The notes beneath the pieces are model-generated. The model had not been told where the DNA came from. It was given only the letters and a program-made list of their open reading frames with translations, and searched no databases. Source: Candidatus Pyrohabitans jungbluthii (GTDB taxonomy: Archaea; Hydrothermarchaeota; Hydrothermarchaeia; Hydrothermarchaeales; BMS3B). Taken from it: a stretch of DNA of 64,000 nt. Where the stretch lies: positions 77,692 to 141,691 of the forward strand of contig MTMD02000001.1 of the NCBI GenBank assembly GCA_002010065.2, written 5' to 3'. Both the position numbers and the translations under genes were made by a program. Shown here one piece after another: positions 63,037-64,000 of this stretch. Position 1 is the stretch's first letter; each line of letters starts with the position of its first letter.

Positions 63037-64000
63037 ATGAGGCTGCAGCTCAAATTAGGATTAAAGAGTAAAATAAACTTGGGATTAGCCGCAATCTTTG
63101 TGGTTGTGGCTGTTCTAGGTTTTATCATACTGAATTCAGCAGAAATAAATAGAAAACTGATTTTCGGCCTTACCCTCTTTGCTACAGGTATTATAGCGGC
63201 AATGACATACAACCTGAACATGAACATCGTGAGACCCATACAGAAACTGTCAGAATGGTCAAAAAAAGTCTCAGAGGGAGATCACTACAGTACCCTAGAT
63301 TTAGATGTTTCTGAGAAAGAGATCGGGCAGCTAATTGAGTCCTGCAAGAAGATGGTGACTAACTTAACGGAGTACAGGCGGAAGATGGAGTCTATAATCA
63401 GTGGAGTCGGAGCGGCGGTATATGTAACCGACAACAACATGAGGATAATAGAGTTTAACCCCGCGGCTGAGGAGTTATTGGGCTATAAAAGAGAGGAGGT
63501 TATTGGCAAGCACTGCTACGATATCACCACCTATGTGGGTGTAACCCCTGCATGCCATACCAAAAGATGCTCCTCTGTGGTTGTGATGGAAGGTAGGGAC
63601 GACTTTGTGAGCAGGGAGGTTGTGCTGAGAAGCAAGCAGGGTGAGGAGATTCCTGTCAAGATATACACTTCACCTCTGTTCAACTCCAAAGGAGAGAGGA
63701 TAGGGGCGATAAAAACAGCAGTTGACCTCAGTGAGATGAAGCAGAAAGAGAATGACCTCCTTATAATGCGAGAGTATCTGGAGAGCGAAATCAAACGCTT
63801 CCTGCCAGTGATTGAGGCTGCCGCTGCAGGAGACATGACAAAGAGTATAGAGGCGACCAATCCCAGTGACGAGATTGGCAAGGTAATAAATACATTCAGC
63901 AGGATGAAGGATAACCTTCGCTCGCTTATTCTTACCGTGAAGTCTGCATCTGAGCGAGTTGCTGCTACTGCAGAGGAGCAGGCGGCTTCGTCGGAGCAGT
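63037..64000 (+). CDS. Methyl-accepting chemotaxis protein (2TM-HAMP-PAS-HAMP-MA), partial
   Basis: Manual translation: MRLQLKLG..2 TM..IVRPIQKL..EIGQL..FNPAAEELLGYKREEVIGKHCY..CHTKRC..AAAGDMT..DEIG..VAATAEEQAASSEQ. Runs off the window and is absent from the ORF track. Confidence 0.9.
   Translation, partial: MRLQLKLGLKSKINLGLAAIFVVVAVLGFIILNSAEINRKLIFGLTLFATGIIAAMTYNLNMNIVRPIQKLSEWSKKVSEGDHYSTLDLDVSEKEIGQLIESCKKMVTNLTEYRRKMESIISGVGAAVYVTDNNMRIIEFNPAAEELLGYKREEVIGKHCYDITTYVGVTPACHTKRCSSVVVMEGRDDFVSREVVLRSKQGEEIPVKIYTSPLFNSKGERIGAIKTAVDLSEMKQKENDLLIMREYLESEIKRFLPVIEAAAAGDMTKSIEATNPSDEIGKVINTFSRMKDNLRSLILTVKSASERVAATAEEQAASSEQ

Overview
Archaeal chromosomal segment of about 50% GC. The E/K/R-rich proteins, GGAGG/GGTGA ribosome sites and TATA/BRE promoters fit a (hyper)thermophilic euryarchaeote-like organism; Hydrothermarchaeota is my inference, not a result. 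Housekeeping genes: the exosome-SBDS-proteasome-RNase P-L15e superoperon, nop5-fibrillarin, tmcA, pyrBI/pyrF, aroA'/aroB', mtnA, dys, the HMG-CoA synthase/thiolase/DUF35 operon, mobA-moeA, tRNA-Thr(GGU), tRNA-Pro(CGG), and a fluoride riboswitch with two crcB genes. Two accessory blocks stand out. (1) About 11.3-28.3 kb is a sulfur-trafficking-like cluster: YeeE/YedE, TusA, two TusA-like paralogs, a membrane-anchored cupredoxin carrying Gly-Tyr-Gly repeats, radical SAM/SPASM, GT2, GT-C, a MacB-type ABC system with CC motifs, DUF362, a sulfate-exporter-family protein, a HAMP-PAS3-DUF835-wHTH sensor and CcdA. (2) About 47.7-62.9 kb holds CbbQ/NorQ, NorD and a degenerate chaperonin, converging on a cytoplasmic Mo/W-bisPGD oxidoreductase operon with a duplicated and split Fe-S subunit, TorD and a cupin. 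An AT-rich CARF-wHTH/HEPN islet lies between these two operons. I also read several small ORFs, a frameshifted gene, operator-like repeats and two candidate structured RNAs that are not in the ORF track. All family calls come from motif recognition by eye, without database searches.
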